A stretch of DNA of 64,000 nt, taken from Candidatus Moraniibacteriota bacterium. Its GTDB lineage: Bacteria > Patescibacteriota > Minisyncoccia > Moranbacterales > UBA1568. Below the pieces are notes generated by a model. It saw nothing but the letters and a program-made list of their open reading frames with translations, was not told where the DNA came from and searched no databases. The position numbers and the translations under genes are program-made. Below, piece by piece: positions 17,886 to 28,854 of the stretch. Numbering within the stretch: the first letter of the stretch is position 1; each line of letters opens with the position of its first letter. Where the stretch lies: assembly GCA_028711705.1 (NCBI GenBank), contig JAQTRS010000002.1, positions 137,617 through 201,616 on the forward strand, written 5' to 3'.

Positions 17886-18323
17886 CTACATTGAGTTACG
17901 CGTTCGTTGCGTACTCATTAACTCAATCGTCTGCTTCAGTATGTTTACATCGGGCGAATCCCGATTAAATGTCTCGCTGGCAACAAATCCCTGTTGATCA
18001 GATAACTTGCAATATCGCCAACTACCGCTCATTTCACATGACCATCCGATTTTTTTTAAGCTCCATTTCGTAATAGGTGTATAATTATTTGATTCCAATA
18101 TCCGTTGAATACTTAATGCTTCATTAACCGGAACTGTAACAAATACATATGAATTTTCATACTGTGCAGGAAAGGGATATGTGCGTACATATGAAAAACT
18201 TTTCCAATGAGCGTTTTTGTAATTATCAATTGCAATTGAGCTGCCAATGGCAACACATAGAGTAATAAAAAACAAAATTGCAACTTTCCATTCTTCCCAT
18301 ATTTTAAGTGATATATCTTTCAT
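17886..18323 (-). CDS. hypothetical signal-anchored protein (about 145 aa) in a low-GC pocket
   Basis: ORF 17886..18461 trimmed to ATG at 18323 (GGAGG RBS 8 nt upstream: ggggaggagaagaatATG). Local GC visibly about 35-38% against about 50% elsewhere. N-terminal TM, Trp/Tyr-rich ectodomain. Confidence 0.5.
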   Translation of the reverse strand: MKDISLKIWEEWKVAILFFITLCVAIGSSIAIDNYKNAHWKSFSYVRTYPFPAQYENSYVFVTVPVNEALSIQRILESNNYTPITKWSLKKIGWSCEMSGSWRYCKLSDQQGFVASETFNRDSPDVNILKQTIELMSTQRTRNSM

Positions 18324-18610
18324 ATTCTTCTCCTCCCCCGAAAACCGTCGGGAAACTCGGTGGCAAGGTTGCCGGTGATGACACGATTGCGTGTCTTTGA
18401 TACATTGCTCCTCGAATTCCGAGAAGTGTGAGAGGAATGAAGATGACTTCACCTCCCTCACGCTTCCCGAAACTCTCAGAGTTTTTTCATGTATCGGTTG
18501 TCAAAGGGCTTTTGGCACGCTCTTGTCAGTCTCGAAAACGCATTATAGCGCACTTTTTAACTTTTGTCAATGTTTTGTGACGTTTGTGGCTTAAAATAGA
18601 ATCTTTTTTA

Positions 18611-18636
18611 GTCATTCCCGCCTTCGCGGGAATGAC
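18611..18636. repeat. perfect palindrome GTCATTCCCGCcttcGCGGGAATGAC downstream of rpoC
   Basis: 11-bp stem with 4-nt loop, preceded by a T-run on plus; possible rpoC terminator or protein site. Confidence 0.35.
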
Positions 18637-18723
18637 ATGGCTCAGCAAGTTTCTACACAACATAAAATCCCGCCTTTTGAGGGGCGAGACTCTATGTATC
18701 CGATACGCGCTGTCGTATGGAAA

Positions 18724-21700
18724 TTACTTCTTGCCTTCTCGGAAACCGGTTCCGGCTGGAATCAATCGTCCGATGATAACGTTTTCCTTGAGGCCTCGCA
18801 AGCGATCCTCCTTGCCGGCGACGGCGGCATTGATCAGAACGCGGGCCGTCTCCATGAACGATGCGGCAGAAAGGAAGCTCTCGGTCGAAAGCGCCACTTT
18901 AGTGATACCCAGGATAAGTGCCATTCCGGTCGCCTCCTGCCCCTTGGTTGCCCTCGCCTCTTCGTTCGACTCCTCGAACTGGACGCGCTCCACGACATCG
19001 CCCGGCAGAAGCATCGTGCTTCCCGGTTCCGATACCTGGATACGAGAGAGCATCTGACGGATAATCACTTCGATGTGCTTGTCATTGATACCTTCACCCT
19101 GAGATGCATAGATTTCCTGGATCTCGCGGATGACGTAACGGTGCAGTTCTTCGCGGCCCATAACGGTGTAGAGCTTGCGCAAGTCGATGTGTCCTTCGGA
19201 AAGAACCGATCCTTGACCAATCAGATCACCCTCTTGAACCTTGAGCGTCGTACCGGCAGCGATCTGATATTCCTTCACGCTTTCGTCCTGTGCCTGCACT
19301 TTAACGACCACCACTTTGCTGCTTTCCTTGACGATGGATACCACACGTCCGGCCTCTTCGGCGATCAGCGCCTCGCCTTTGGGCTGACGAGCCTCGAAAA
19401 TTTCCTCGACACGAGGGAGGCCCTGCGTAATGTCCGATCCGGCGACACCGCCGATGTGGAAGGTACGCATCGTGAGCTGCGTTCCCGGTTCTCCGATAGC
19501 TTGAGCCGCCACGACGCCGACAGCCTGGCCGAGCTGCACCAAAGCGCTTCGTCCGAGATCCAAACCGTAACATTTCTGACAAACGCCCCTCATGCTCTTG
19601 CAGGTCACGACGCTTCGAATCTTCACCTTGTCGATGTTCAAATCCTCGATCGCCTGTCCCTGCGTCTTGGAGATAAGATCCCCGGCTTTGGCCACGACAT
19701 GTCCGGAAGCATCCGACACGTCCACCAATGCGACACGGCCCTCGACGCGTGTTGCGAAGCTCTGCCCGATGATATCGGAATCGGCCCTGTACAGGTAGGC
19801 GCCTTCGGTATCGCCACAATCGGTTTCGCGGATGATGATATCTTGTGCTACATCGACGAGACGGCGGGTCAAATAACCGGCGGTCGCAGTACGAAGAGCG
19901 GTATCCGCCATACCCTTACGGGCACCGTGCGTCGAGATGAAATACTCCAACACATTGAATCCTTCCTTGAACGAGCTCTTCACAGGAAGTTCGATCGTCT
20001 CACCTGTCGGACCGGCCATCAAGCCTTTCATACCGGTCATCTGCACGACGACCGATTCACTACCGCGGGCCTTGGAATAGACCATCGAGTACACCGGTCC
20101 TTCCTTATCCAAAGAGGCGCGCACGGCATCCGTAATCTTGTTCTTGGCTTCGTTCCAGATTTCGATCACGCGGTTGCGGCGTTCTTCATTGGTCAAAAGA
20201 CCCATGTTGTACTGACCTTTCACCTCGGCCACCTTGGTTTCAGCAACCGCCATGATGTCCTTCTTTTCTGTCGGCACCTTCAGGTCGTCCATACCCCAAC
20301 TGATTCCGGACTTACTGACGAAACGGAATGCCAAATCCTTCACGCGATCCGCGAAAAGAGCGGCCTCGTCCTGTCCAACCGACATCATGATGGTGATCAT
20401 CAGGTTCTTGAGGTCCTTCTTGATCAATTCCTCATTCACAAAACGCAATGTCTCCGGAAGAATATCATTGACCAACACGCGTCCGGCCGAAGTTTCGATG
20501 ATTTCACCGTTCCACAACAACTTGATGGCGGCGTTAATGGCGATCACTTCCGACTGATAGGCCAAGATAACCTCTTCCATCGAACTGAAGATCTTGCCTT
20601 CGCCCTTCATACCCCTCTTGATGTGCGAGAGGTAATACATACCGAGCACCATATCCAAAGACGGGGTCACGATCGGATCTCCCGAAGCCGGCTTGAGGAG
20701 ATTCTTCGCGGAAAGCATGATTTCGGCGCTTTCCTTGCGAGCATGATCAGTCAGTGGCACATGCACCGCCATCTGATCACCATCAAAGTCCGCATTGAAA
20801 GCGGTACACACCATAGGGTGCAGACGGATAGCCTTACCTTCGATCAATACCGGCTGGAAGGCCTGAATGGACAGACGATGAAGGGTCGGTGCGCGGTTGA
20901 GCAAAACATAGTGATGCTCGATGATCTGGTCGAGGATTTCATAGGCCTCTTCCGCTTCAGCATCCACCATCCTGCCGGCGGTACGCACATTATGAGCATA
21001 CTCGCGATCGATGAGCTTGTTGATGATGAACGGCTTGAAAAGTTCCAGCGCCATTTTCTTGGGCAGACCGCACTGATGCAGTTTGAGCTGCGGACCCACG
21101 ACGATAACGGATCGTCCCGAGTAATCCACACGCTTTCCCAAAAGGTTCTGACGGAAACGGCCCTGCTTTCCCTTGAGCGCGTCGGCCAGCGACCGAAGCG
21201 CACGGCGCTGTCCGGTCGAAGCGGCTGTCGATGCCTGTCCGCGACGGGCGCTGTTATCGAAGAGCGCATCCACCGCTTCTTGAAGCATGCGCTTTTCATT
21301 GCGCGTAATCACCTCCGGAGCACCGATACTGTTGAGTTTCTTCAGGCGGTTGTTTCGGTTGATGATGCGGCGGTACAGATCGTTCAGATCGGAGGTTGCA
21401 AACCTACCGCCGTCCAGCGCCACCATCGGACGAAGATCCGGCGGGATAACGGGGATGATGGTCGGAAGCATCCACTCCAATTTCAGATTCGCCTTCTTGA
21501 ATCCCTGGAACAATTTCAAACGCTGCAAGGCCTTCTTTCGATCAGGAGATTCATCCTTGTCGAGATTCTCTTTCAAGATTTCGGTGGTTGCATCGATATC
21601 GATCTTGCTCAGTACCTTGCGCACGGCCTCGGCACCGATACCGGCGTGAAACACCTGTCCGAAACGGGTCGAAAGATTGAAATACTCCACTTCGGAGAGG

Positions 21701-22320
21701 ATCTGGAACGGCTGGAGGTTCTTGATATCCTCCTTGGCGGAACGGTACTGATCCTTCAGGTCATCCATGCCGGCATCGACCGCCTTCTCGTCGTCGCCGT
21801 GATTGTTCTTGACTTCCTTCTGTTTGGACCTGTACTCGCGCTCGAGCTGTTCGACGGCGCGCTCCTTTTCTACCTCATCCACCTCGGTGATGATGTAGGC
21901 GGAAAAATAGATGACCTTCTCCAATTCCTGCGGGGAGATTCCCAAAGCGAGACCGATCTTGGATGGCACGCCACGGAGGAACCAGATATGCGAAACCGGC
22001 GCGGCGAGCTTGATGTGCCCCATGCGCTCACGGCGAACGATGGAACGGGTCACCTCGACTCCGCACTTATCGCACACGATGCCTTTGTAACGGATGCGCT
22101 TGTATTTTCCGCAGTAACACTCCCAGTCCTTGGCCGGACCGAAGATTTTTTCGCAAAACAGACCGTCGAGCTCATAGCGCTGAGTTCGATAGTTGATGGT
22201 CTCGGGCTTGGTTATTTCACCATGCGACCACTCCATCATCTGGTCAGGACTCGCGAGGCTGAGGCGGACGCTCTCGAAGTCGCTTACTTTCGTAATGTTG
22301 TTTTCCATGATCTTGTTCAT
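18724..22320 (-). CDS. rpoC: DNA-directed RNA polymerase subunit beta-prime
   Basis: ORF track; 1198 aa; zinc-binding CxxC, NADFDGD catalytic motif. Confidence 0.97.
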   Translation of the reverse strand: MNKIMENNITKVSDFESVRLSLASPDQMMEWSHGEITKPETINYRTQRYELDGLFCEKIFGPAKDWECYCGKYKRIRYKGIVCDKCGVEVTRSIVRRERMGHIKLAAPVSHIWFLRGVPSKIGLALGISPQELEKVIYFSAYIITEVDEVEKERAVEQLEREYRSKQKEVKNNHGDDEKAVDAGMDDLKDQYRSAKEDIKNLQPFQILSEVEYFNLSTRFGQVFHAGIGAEAVRKVLSKIDIDATTEILKENLDKDESPDRKKALQRLKLFQGFKKANLKLEWMLPTIIPVIPPDLRPMVALDGGRFATSDLNDLYRRIINRNNRLKKLNSIGAPEVITRNEKRMLQEAVDALFDNSARRGQASTAASTGQRRALRSLADALKGKQGRFRQNLLGKRVDYSGRSVIVVGPQLKLHQCGLPKKMALELFKPFIINKLIDREYAHNVRTAGRMVDAEAEEAYEILDQIIEHHYVLLNRAPTLHRLSIQAFQPVLIEGKAIRLHPMVCTAFNADFDGDQMAVHVPLTDHARKESAEIMLSAKNLLKPASGDPIVTPSLDMVLGMYYLSHIKRGMKGEGKIFSSMEEVILAYQSEVIAINAAIKLLWNGEIIETSAGRVLVNDILPETLRFVNEELIKKDLKNLMITIMMSVGQDEAALFADRVKDLAFRFVSKSGISWGMDDLKVPTEKKDIMAVAETKVAEVKGQYNMGLLTNEERRNRVIEIWNEAKNKITDAVRASLDKEGPVYSMVYSKARGSESVVVQMTGMKGLMAGPTGETIELPVKSSFKEGFNVLEYFISTHGARKGMADTALRTATAGYLTRRLVDVAQDIIIRETDCGDTEGAYLYRADSDIIGQSFATRVEGRVALVDVSDASGHVVAKAGDLISKTQGQAIEDLNIDKVKIRSVVTCKSMRGVCQKCYGLDLGRSALVQLGQAVGVVAAQAIGEPGTQLTMRTFHIGGVAGSDITQGLPRVEEIFEARQPKGEALIAEEAGRVVSIVKESSKVVVVKVQAQDESVKEYQIAAGTTLKVQEGDLIGQGSVLSEGHIDLRKLYTVMGREELHRYVIREIQEIYASQGEGINDKHIEVIIRQMLSRIQVSEPGSTMLLPGDVVERVQFEESNEEARATKGQEATGMALILGITKVALSTESFLSAASFMETARVLINAAVAGKEDRLRGLKENVIIGRLIPAGTGFREGKK

Positions 22321-22373
22321 AAGTTTAGGTTATTGAAGCGCCGGGCGTAGCAAGTACGCCCCGCGTTATATAA

Positions 22374-25300
22374 TTATGCTTTTTGAGTAGTATCCTCAAG
22401 TGTAATTGGTTCGATAACCGCTTCCGTTATGACAACATCTTCGTCTTCGGGATCGAAGCTTTCGATCTTCGCTCCTACCAATTCTACGTTCAAGCACAAT
22501 CCCTTCAATTCATTGACCAACACATGGAATGACGCCGGGAGGTTCGGACTCTTGATCACCTCGCCCTTGATGATGGATTCATAGGCCTTCGAGCGACCCA
22601 AGACATCGTCGGATTTGATCGTGAGCATTTCCTGGAGCGTATGAGCGGCACCATAACCTTCGAGCGCCCACACTTCCATTTCTCCGAATCGCTGTCCTCC
22701 GAACTGAGCCTTGCCGCCCAGCGGCTGCTGCGTGATCAGAGAGTACGGTCCGATGGAACGCATATGCAACTTGTCCTCGATCAAGTGATTGAGTTTCAAA
22801 ACATACATAACACCGACGGTCGATTCATTATCGAATTTCTCTCCGGTTCGTCCGTCCACCAACTGGCTCTTTCCGTTTTCAGGAAGCCCTGCGGCGCGGA
22901 GTTCGGATTTGATATCCTCTTCGGACACGCCGTCGAGCGCCGGGCTGGCCACATTGTAACCGAGCTTGAGCGCTGCCCATCCCAAATGCGTTTCCAGGAT
23001 CTGTCCGATATTCATACGGCTCGCCACACCCAGCGGGTTGAGAATGACATCCACCGGAGTACCGTCCGGAAGATACGGCATATCCTCGACCGGCGCGATA
23101 CGGGAAATGACACCCTTGTTTCCGTGACGCCCAGCAAGCTTGTCTCCAACAGATACCTTTCGCAACTGAGCGATAGAGATCTGTATCTGCTGAAAGACGC
23201 CCATAGGCAATTTGTCACCGTTCTCACGGGAGAAGATCTTGATATCGACAACCTTTCCGTGCTCGCCGTGCGGGAGATACAGGGAAGTATCCTTCACGTC
23301 ACGGGATTTTTCACCGAAGATGACGCGGAGCAATCGCTCTTCAGCTGTCAGATCGCCTTCGCCCTTCGGAGAAATCTTGCCAACCAAAATATCGCCGGAT
23401 GAGATCTCGGCACCGATGCGGATGATTCCCATTTCGTCGAGGTTCTTCAAACGGTCTTCGCCGATATTAGGGATATCGCGGGTCACGACTTCCGGCCCAA
23501 GCTTGGTGTCGCGAACGTCGAGGGTGAAGTCTTCGATATGGATAGAGCTGTAACGATCCTCATGGAGCAATCGTTCAGAAAGAATGATAGCGTCTTCGAA
23601 GTTATACCCCTGCCATGGCACGAAAGCCACCACCATATTCTGTCCCAAAGCGAGCTCACCGTGATCGGTTGAGGCACCGTCCGCGAGCAAAGATCCCTTC
23701 TTGACGATGGCACCCTTCTTGACGCGAGGCACTTGGTTCATGCTCGTGAACGAGTTGGACTTAGCAAAACTCTGCAAGTGATAGATATGATCAACATAGG
23801 GCTTTTTGGATCCGGCAGGAGCTTCTTCGCGTACCGTCACATGGCTGGCATCAACAGAAATGACCTCGCCGGGACGCACGGCCAACACGACCTGTCCCGA
23901 ATCGGCGGCAGCCTTGTCTTCGATACCGGTTCCCACGATAGGAGCCTGTGGCTTCACGCACGATACGGCCTGGCGTTGCATGTTCGAACCCATGAGGGCG
24001 CGGTTGGCATCGTCGTGCTCCAAGAAAGGAATGAGGGAAGTCGCGATAGAAATACACTGTTTCACGGACACATCCACATAGTTCACCAAAGCGGCTTCCG
24101 CCATTTCAGGATGCCCCTTCACGCGGGCTTCGATCATCGCGTCCAAGATATTGTCATGATCATCGATGTGGATGCCGGCATGCGCGATAATCTGCTTGTC
24201 TTCGACAATAGCGTTCAGATACTCGATCTCGCGGGTCACGAACGGCCTTACCGCAACGGTCTTGATATCCTTCTTCGCAGCGATCTTCTGCGCCAAGGCA
24301 GCATCGATCATCGTGTCCGCGGAAGCGACGCCGTCGATATCCTTCGCCAAAGTGCGGTGCTGAAGCGCCTTCGCATCGTTTGCAACTTCATTGGATACCT
24401 TAAGGTAGGGCGTTTCCAAGAATCCATATTCATTGACACGGGCATAGCTCGCCATATGTCCCACCAGACCGATGTTCGGACCTTCCGGCGTTTCCACCGG
24501 GCAGATTCTTCCGTAATGGGAATGGTGAACATCGCGCACTTCGAATCCGGCACGCTCACGAGTCAGACCTCCGGGACCCATAGCACTCATACGGCGTTTG
24601 TGCTCAAGCTCGGCCAGCGGATTGACCTGGTCCATGAACTGCGACAACTGGGAACTCGAGAAGAATTCCTTTACGGAAGCGGCCACCGGACGAGGATTGA
24701 TAATCTGTCCCGGAACCACCGTCAAAGGATCGCAGGTGCTCATCCTGTCTTTGACATTGCGCACCATACGGTACATACCGACACGCAATTTGTTCTGAAT
24801 CAGCTCGCCTACCGCGCGCACGCGACGGTTGCCGAGGTGGTCGATATCATCCGGCTTCGCGAGCGGATCATTGTTGAGCTTGATGACTTCCTTGATGACC
24901 AAAATCAGGTCTTCCGTATTCAGTACGCGGTTCGCCTCGATATCCTCGCGCTCGATTTCCAAGCGCTGGTTCAGGCGGTAGCGTCCCACGGCGCCGAAGT
25001 CATAACGCTCGAAGTTGAAGAACATCGCATTGACCATTGATTTGGCATTCTCCTCAGTCGCCAGATCTCCCGGACGAAGACGCTTGTATATTTCCTTATA
25101 GCCTTCGCCTTGGTTGCTGGCAGGATCCTTGGCAAGCGTCTCTGTCATGAACTTGATCTCTCCGGTGTCCACGTCCTCGAACGTATCGAGGATTTCCTTC
25201 TCGGTGAAACCGAACGCCTTCAGAAGCGTCGTGACCGGAGCCTTGCGCTTGCGGTCGATCTTGGCGGAGATGACACCGTCGAAATCGGTCTCGATTTCAA

Positions 25301-25832
25301 GCCATGCACCACGGTTCGGGATCAGCTTCGCGCCGAACAGCTTGCGACCCTTCTGGTAGTTCATCGTGAAGAAGACGCCCGGGCTGCGAATCAGCTGACT
25401 GACCACGACGCGCTCCACGCCGTTGATAATGAAGGTTCCGCGATCCGTCATCAAAGGGAATTCACCCAAATAGATTTCCTGCTCTTTCACCTCGCCCGTC
25501 TTTTTCATCGTAAGCGTCGCCTTGGCACGCAGAGGCGCTTCATAGGAAATGTTTTTCGCCTTCGCCGTGATCTCATCGTACTTAGGCTCATCCAAATAAT
25601 AGCTGTCCAGCGTGAGTTCCATGTCCTTGCCTGCGAAATCCTTCATCGGATTGACCTCGACTAAAAGCTCTTTCAAACCCTTCTCCCAGAACCACTTAAA
25701 GGAATCGAGCTGGACCTCGATGAGGTTCGGCAGCGACACCATGATGCGGCGGTTGAAAAACTTTCTCTTCGAAAGGGATGAACCGGCACCGAAATTATCC
25801 TTGATCGACAGACTCTTTTTTTCCGTAGACAT
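22374..25832 (-). CDS. rpoB: DNA-directed RNA polymerase subunit beta
   Basis: ORF 22374..25943 trimmed to MSTEKK (ATG 25830-25832) by homology with RpoB N-termini; about 1152 aa. Confidence 0.95.
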   Translation of the reverse strand: MSTEKKSLSIKDNFGAGSSLSKRKFFNRRIMVSLPNLIEVQLDSFKWFWEKGLKELLVEVNPMKDFAGKDMELTLDSYYLDEPKYDEITAKAKNISYEAPLRAKATLTMKKTGEVKEQEIYLGEFPLMTDRGTFIINGVERVVVSQLIRSPGVFFTMNYQKGRKLFGAKLIPNRGAWLEIETDFDGVISAKIDRKRKAPVTTLLKAFGFTEKEILDTFEDVDTGEIKFMTETLAKDPASNQGEGYKEIYKRLRPGDLATEENAKSMVNAMFFNFERYDFGAVGRYRLNQRLEIEREDIEANRVLNTEDLILVIKEVIKLNNDPLAKPDDIDHLGNRRVRAVGELIQNKLRVGMYRMVRNVKDRMSTCDPLTVVPGQIINPRPVAASVKEFFSSSQLSQFMDQVNPLAELEHKRRMSAMGPGGLTRERAGFEVRDVHHSHYGRICPVETPEGPNIGLVGHMASYARVNEYGFLETPYLKVSNEVANDAKALQHRTLAKDIDGVASADTMIDAALAQKIAAKKDIKTVAVRPFVTREIEYLNAIVEDKQIIAHAGIHIDDHDNILDAMIEARVKGHPEMAEAALVNYVDVSVKQCISIATSLIPFLEHDDANRALMGSNMQRQAVSCVKPQAPIVGTGIEDKAAADSGQVVLAVRPGEVISVDASHVTVREEAPAGSKKPYVDHIYHLQSFAKSNSFTSMNQVPRVKKGAIVKKGSLLADGASTDHGELALGQNMVVAFVPWQGYNFEDAIILSERLLHEDRYSSIHIEDFTLDVRDTKLGPEVVTRDIPNIGEDRLKNLDEMGIIRIGAEISSGDILVGKISPKGEGDLTAEERLLRVIFGEKSRDVKDTSLYLPHGEHGKVVDIKIFSRENGDKLPMGVFQQIQISIAQLRKVSVGDKLAGRHGNKGVISRIAPVEDMPYLPDGTPVDVILNPLGVASRMNIGQILETHLGWAALKLGYNVASPALDGVSEEDIKSELRAAGLPENGKSQLVDGRTGEKFDNESTVGVMYVLKLNHLIEDKLHMRSIGPYSLITQQPLGGKAQFGGQRFGEMEVWALEGYGAAHTLQEMLTIKSDDVLGRSKAYESIIKGEVIKSPNLPASFHVLVNELKGLCLNVELVGAKIESFDPEDEDVVITEAVIEPITLEDTTQKA

Positions 25833-26195
25833 ACAAAAACGCCCATGCGTCGCCCCTTTGCATGAGGATTTTTGCATTCGGTGCAGATCGAGGCACAAGC
25901 GAGGAGCGCAGTAAGTCGTACAGGGAAGTACGGCGTCGAGCACCGGAGCTTGAAACGAAGAGCTGCGCCTAATGGGAAAGTCCTCAAAAAGGTGCGGGCT
26001 ATGAGATTTATTATGGTGGCTAATTAAACGAGGGCACGAACACTAAACATTCATTCGGTACTTTAACTCCCCATTCCACCACTTTGCTTTACGTAAGCCA
26101 TAAAACAGTTAGAAAAACGAGCAGTCATTGCTTAAAGTAACCTTCAACCCAATCAGTCCTAGATCGTGCATTTCTTGAAAGTTGAATACTTACGT

Positions 26196-26224
26196 ATAGT
26201 AGCAATTGCGTGAGTTTTTGTCAA
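26196..26224 (-). promoter_or_regulatory. consensus sigma70 promoter (TTGACA-N17-TACTAT) about 365 nt upstream of rpoB
   Basis: Minus-strand -35 TTGACA (plus 26219-26224), 17-bp spacer, -10 TACTAT (plus 26196-26201), directly after the stop of the upstream exonuclease gene. Confidence 0.4.
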
Positions 26225-26228
26225 ATTC

Positions 26229-26927
26229 CTAAAATAGCGTGTTGGCCGGTTTTGCAACAGGAGATGGCGCATGCTCATTCTTGACGGATTCGAGGAGCTT
26301 TTTGCGACCGTGCAGTTCGGCGATATATTCCCAATTGCGGAATTCCGGATATTTCTCGAGCTGCTTCTCCAAAATCTCCACCGTCACCTCGACATCCCCT
26401 GCTCCGGTATGAGCAGACGTGTGCTCTTTGCCGCAATAGAGCTTATAGGCTGCCGAAAGATTGCGGGCCGAGACCATATCGCGGGCCGCCATCTTGTGAT
26501 ACAAAACCTTGGCATCTAGGATGCGCTTATTGCTGTAATCGAAGTTCTTGCCTACTTTGGCGAATTCCGCGCGCAAAAATGGCAAATCGAATCCCGTGAT
26601 ATTGAATCCCCCCACGTCCGATCCCTCGAACACGCTCCACAATTCATAGCACAATTGCGCGAATGACGGAGCCTCTGCCACATCCGCATCCGAAATGCCG
26701 TGTATCGCCTTAGCGTCCTCCGGTATCGGCATACCCGGATTGATGCGCTTGGCTACGGCGATCACCTGACCATTGGGCATGATTTTCCGGTAGGCGATCT
26801 CCACCATCCGGTCCTCGCCAATGGCAAGACCGGTCGTCTCGAGGTCGAAGATGACCATCGGGCGCTCAAGCGGTAAAAATTGCGGGATACTGGAAGTTGA
26901 CATAAACATTTCGAAAGTTAAATACAC
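26229..26927 (-). CDS. DEDDh 3'-5' exonuclease (DnaQ/epsilon-like)
   Basis: ORF track; Exo I motif VIFDLETTGL, Exo II GFNITGFDLPFL, Exo III H-x4-D region (HTGAGDVEVT). Confidence 0.75.
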   Translation of the reverse strand: MYLTFEMFMSTSSIPQFLPLERPMVIFDLETTGLAIGEDRMVEIAYRKIMPNGQVIAVAKRINPGMPIPEDAKAIHGISDADVAEAPSFAQLCYELWSVFEGSDVGGFNITGFDLPFLRAEFAKVGKNFDYSNKRILDAKVLYHKMAARDMVSARNLSAAYKLYCGKEHTSAHTGAGDVEVTVEILEKQLEKYPEFRNWEYIAELHGRKKLLESVKNEHAPSPVAKPANTLF

Positions 26928-26969
26928 ATAGAGTCCACTTCAGTATAGCAAGACGGGGACGGATTGTCA

Positions 26970-28799
26970 TTATTCGACCGTCACGCTCTTGGCAAGATTG
27001 CGTGGCCGATCGACATCATAACCTTTGGCGACGCTCATATGATAGGCGAAGAGCTGGAGCGGGATGATCGACAGAATCGGTGTCAGAAGTTCGAGCGTCT
27101 TGGGGATGAGAATGACCTCGTCCGCCTTCCCACCGATAGCCTCATTGCCCTCGGTCGTGATAACGATCACTCTGCCTCCGCGCGCCTTGATTTCCTCCAG
27201 GCCGCTGATGGATTTTTCATAGACGCTGTCCTTGGGCGCGATGAACAGACACAAAGACTGCTCATCGATCAGGGCGATCGGCCCGTGTTTCATCTCGCCC
27301 GTCGGATACCCCTGGGCCGGCACATAGGCGATCTCCTTGATCTTGAGCGCCCCCTCAAGGGCGATCGGCATATTGTACTTCCTTCCCAGATAGAGAAAGT
27401 GAGGCGTGTCCTGATATTTCTTTGCCATCTTTTTGATAGGCTCCGACTGTTCCGCTACTTTCTCTATCAAGCTCGGCAACATCCTTAATCCTTCAGCGAT
27501 ACGTTTTCCTGTCACCAAAGACATCCCACGCATCCGCCCGAAGTACAGTGTCAGCAAAGCGAGGATGGCGAGCTGAGAAGTGAAGGCTTTGGTCGACGCG
27601 ACGGACACTTCCGGACCGGCATGATTATATATCCCCGCATCGGTCTCGCGCGCAATCGTCGACCCGACAACATTGACCACGCCCAAAGTCAGGGCGCCCT
27701 TGCGCTTCGCCTCACGGACAGCCGCTAAGGTGTCCGCCGTCTCCCCCGATTGCGACAGGGCGATGACGGCCGTGCGTTCATCGATCAAGGATTTACGATA
27801 GCGGAACTCCGAAGCATATTCCACCTCCACCGGGATGCCGGCGTATTCTTCGAGCATATACTCCCCCGCAAGTCCCGCATGATAGGATGTCCCGCAGGAC
27901 GCGATGACGATGCGATCGATTTTCCGCAGACGCTCCTCAACCGGCATCAACCCCCCGAGCTTCGCCAGGCCTTCTTCCACAAGCAAGCGCCCGCGCAGCG
28001 CGTCTTCGAAACTCTTGGGCTGCTCCAATATTTCCTTGATCATGAAATGCGGGTGACCACCCTTCTGCGCCTGCTCCTGTGACCACTCCAAAATCTGCTC
28101 TTCTTTTTCAAGCAATTCATGGTCCAATGTTTTGACACGGTAACCTTGCAGATCAATGATCGCCATCTCCCCATCTTCCAGGTAGATGACTTTGCTCACA
28201 TGCCCCACCATCGCCGAAACATCCGAGGCCACCAGGTATTCATCCGTTCCCACCCCGATAACCAGCGGGCTTCCCTTACGCGCCACGAACAGCTTCTCGG
28301 GATCGGAAACGCCCATCATCGCCACGCCATAGGTTCCCTGAAGCGCCGAGAGTGCCCTTGTGAATGCGTCCTCGAATTCGCAGGATTTCAATTCCTCTTC
28401 CACGAGATGCGCGATTACTTCGCTATCGGTTTCGGAGACGAATCTATGTCCCTTACCGACCAGCATATCCCGAAGCTCCTGATAATTCTCAACGATACCG
28501 TTGTGCACCAAGCTCAGATTGCCAAAGCAATCGGCGTGCGGATGCGCATTCGTTTCGGACGGCTTACCATGCGTTGCCCAACGGGTATGCGCGATTCCCA
28601 GCATCGCCTGCCGGGCGTCCCCTCGTATCTTCGATTCGAGTTCGGCCACTTTTCCTACGGCTTTCGTCAGAAATATCCGCCCGTCTTTCATGACGGCCAT
28701 GCCGGCGCTATCGTATCCGCGGTATTCCAGGCGGCGTAAACCTTCGATCAAAAAGTCCTTCGCGTTTCTCTTTCCGATGTATCCGATGATTCCACACAT
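26970..28799 (-). CDS. glmS: glutamine--fructose-6-phosphate aminotransferase GlmS
   Basis: ORF track; MCGIIGYIG N-terminal Cys, two SIS domains, 609 aa. Confidence 0.95.
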   Translation of the reverse strand: MCGIIGYIGKRNAKDFLIEGLRRLEYRGYDSAGMAVMKDGRIFLTKAVGKVAELESKIRGDARQAMLGIAHTRWATHGKPSETNAHPHADCFGNLSLVHNGIVENYQELRDMLVGKGHRFVSETDSEVIAHLVEEELKSCEFEDAFTRALSALQGTYGVAMMGVSDPEKLFVARKGSPLVIGVGTDEYLVASDVSAMVGHVSKVIYLEDGEMAIIDLQGYRVKTLDHELLEKEEQILEWSQEQAQKGGHPHFMIKEILEQPKSFEDALRGRLLVEEGLAKLGGLMPVEERLRKIDRIVIASCGTSYHAGLAGEYMLEEYAGIPVEVEYASEFRYRKSLIDERTAVIALSQSGETADTLAAVREAKRKGALTLGVVNVVGSTIARETDAGIYNHAGPEVSVASTKAFTSQLAILALLTLYFGRMRGMSLVTGKRIAEGLRMLPSLIEKVAEQSEPIKKMAKKYQDTPHFLYLGRKYNMPIALEGALKIKEIAYVPAQGYPTGEMKHGPIALIDEQSLCLFIAPKDSVYEKSISGLEEIKARGGRVIVITTEGNEAIGGKADEVILIPKTLELLTPILSIIPLQLFAYHMSVAKGYDVDRPRNLAKSVTVE

Positions 28800-28854
28800 A
28801 TGTTTGGGAATTAAAAGTTACCGTTTCTTCTCCGGCAGCTGCGGCCGGTGCCGA

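Noticed and set aside
18637-22350. 1237-aa plus-strand ORF
   Set aside because: It is exactly antisense to rpoC, whose product has unambiguous RpoC motifs. The antisense translation is low-complexity His/Arg/Leu-rich with no RBS. It is a stop-codon-poor shadow ORF.
23733-25040. 435-aa plus-strand ORF and several 80-250-aa ORFs on the plus strand across 22641..25914
   Set aside because: Antisense shadow ORFs within rpoB.
28800-28854. CCGGC-agctgcg-GCCGG hairpin upstream of glmS, considered as a glmS ribozyme or riboswitch
   Set aside because: The 55-nt region is far too short for a glmS ribozyme (about 170 nt), and there is no U-run. It is probably just GC-rich intergenic sequence.
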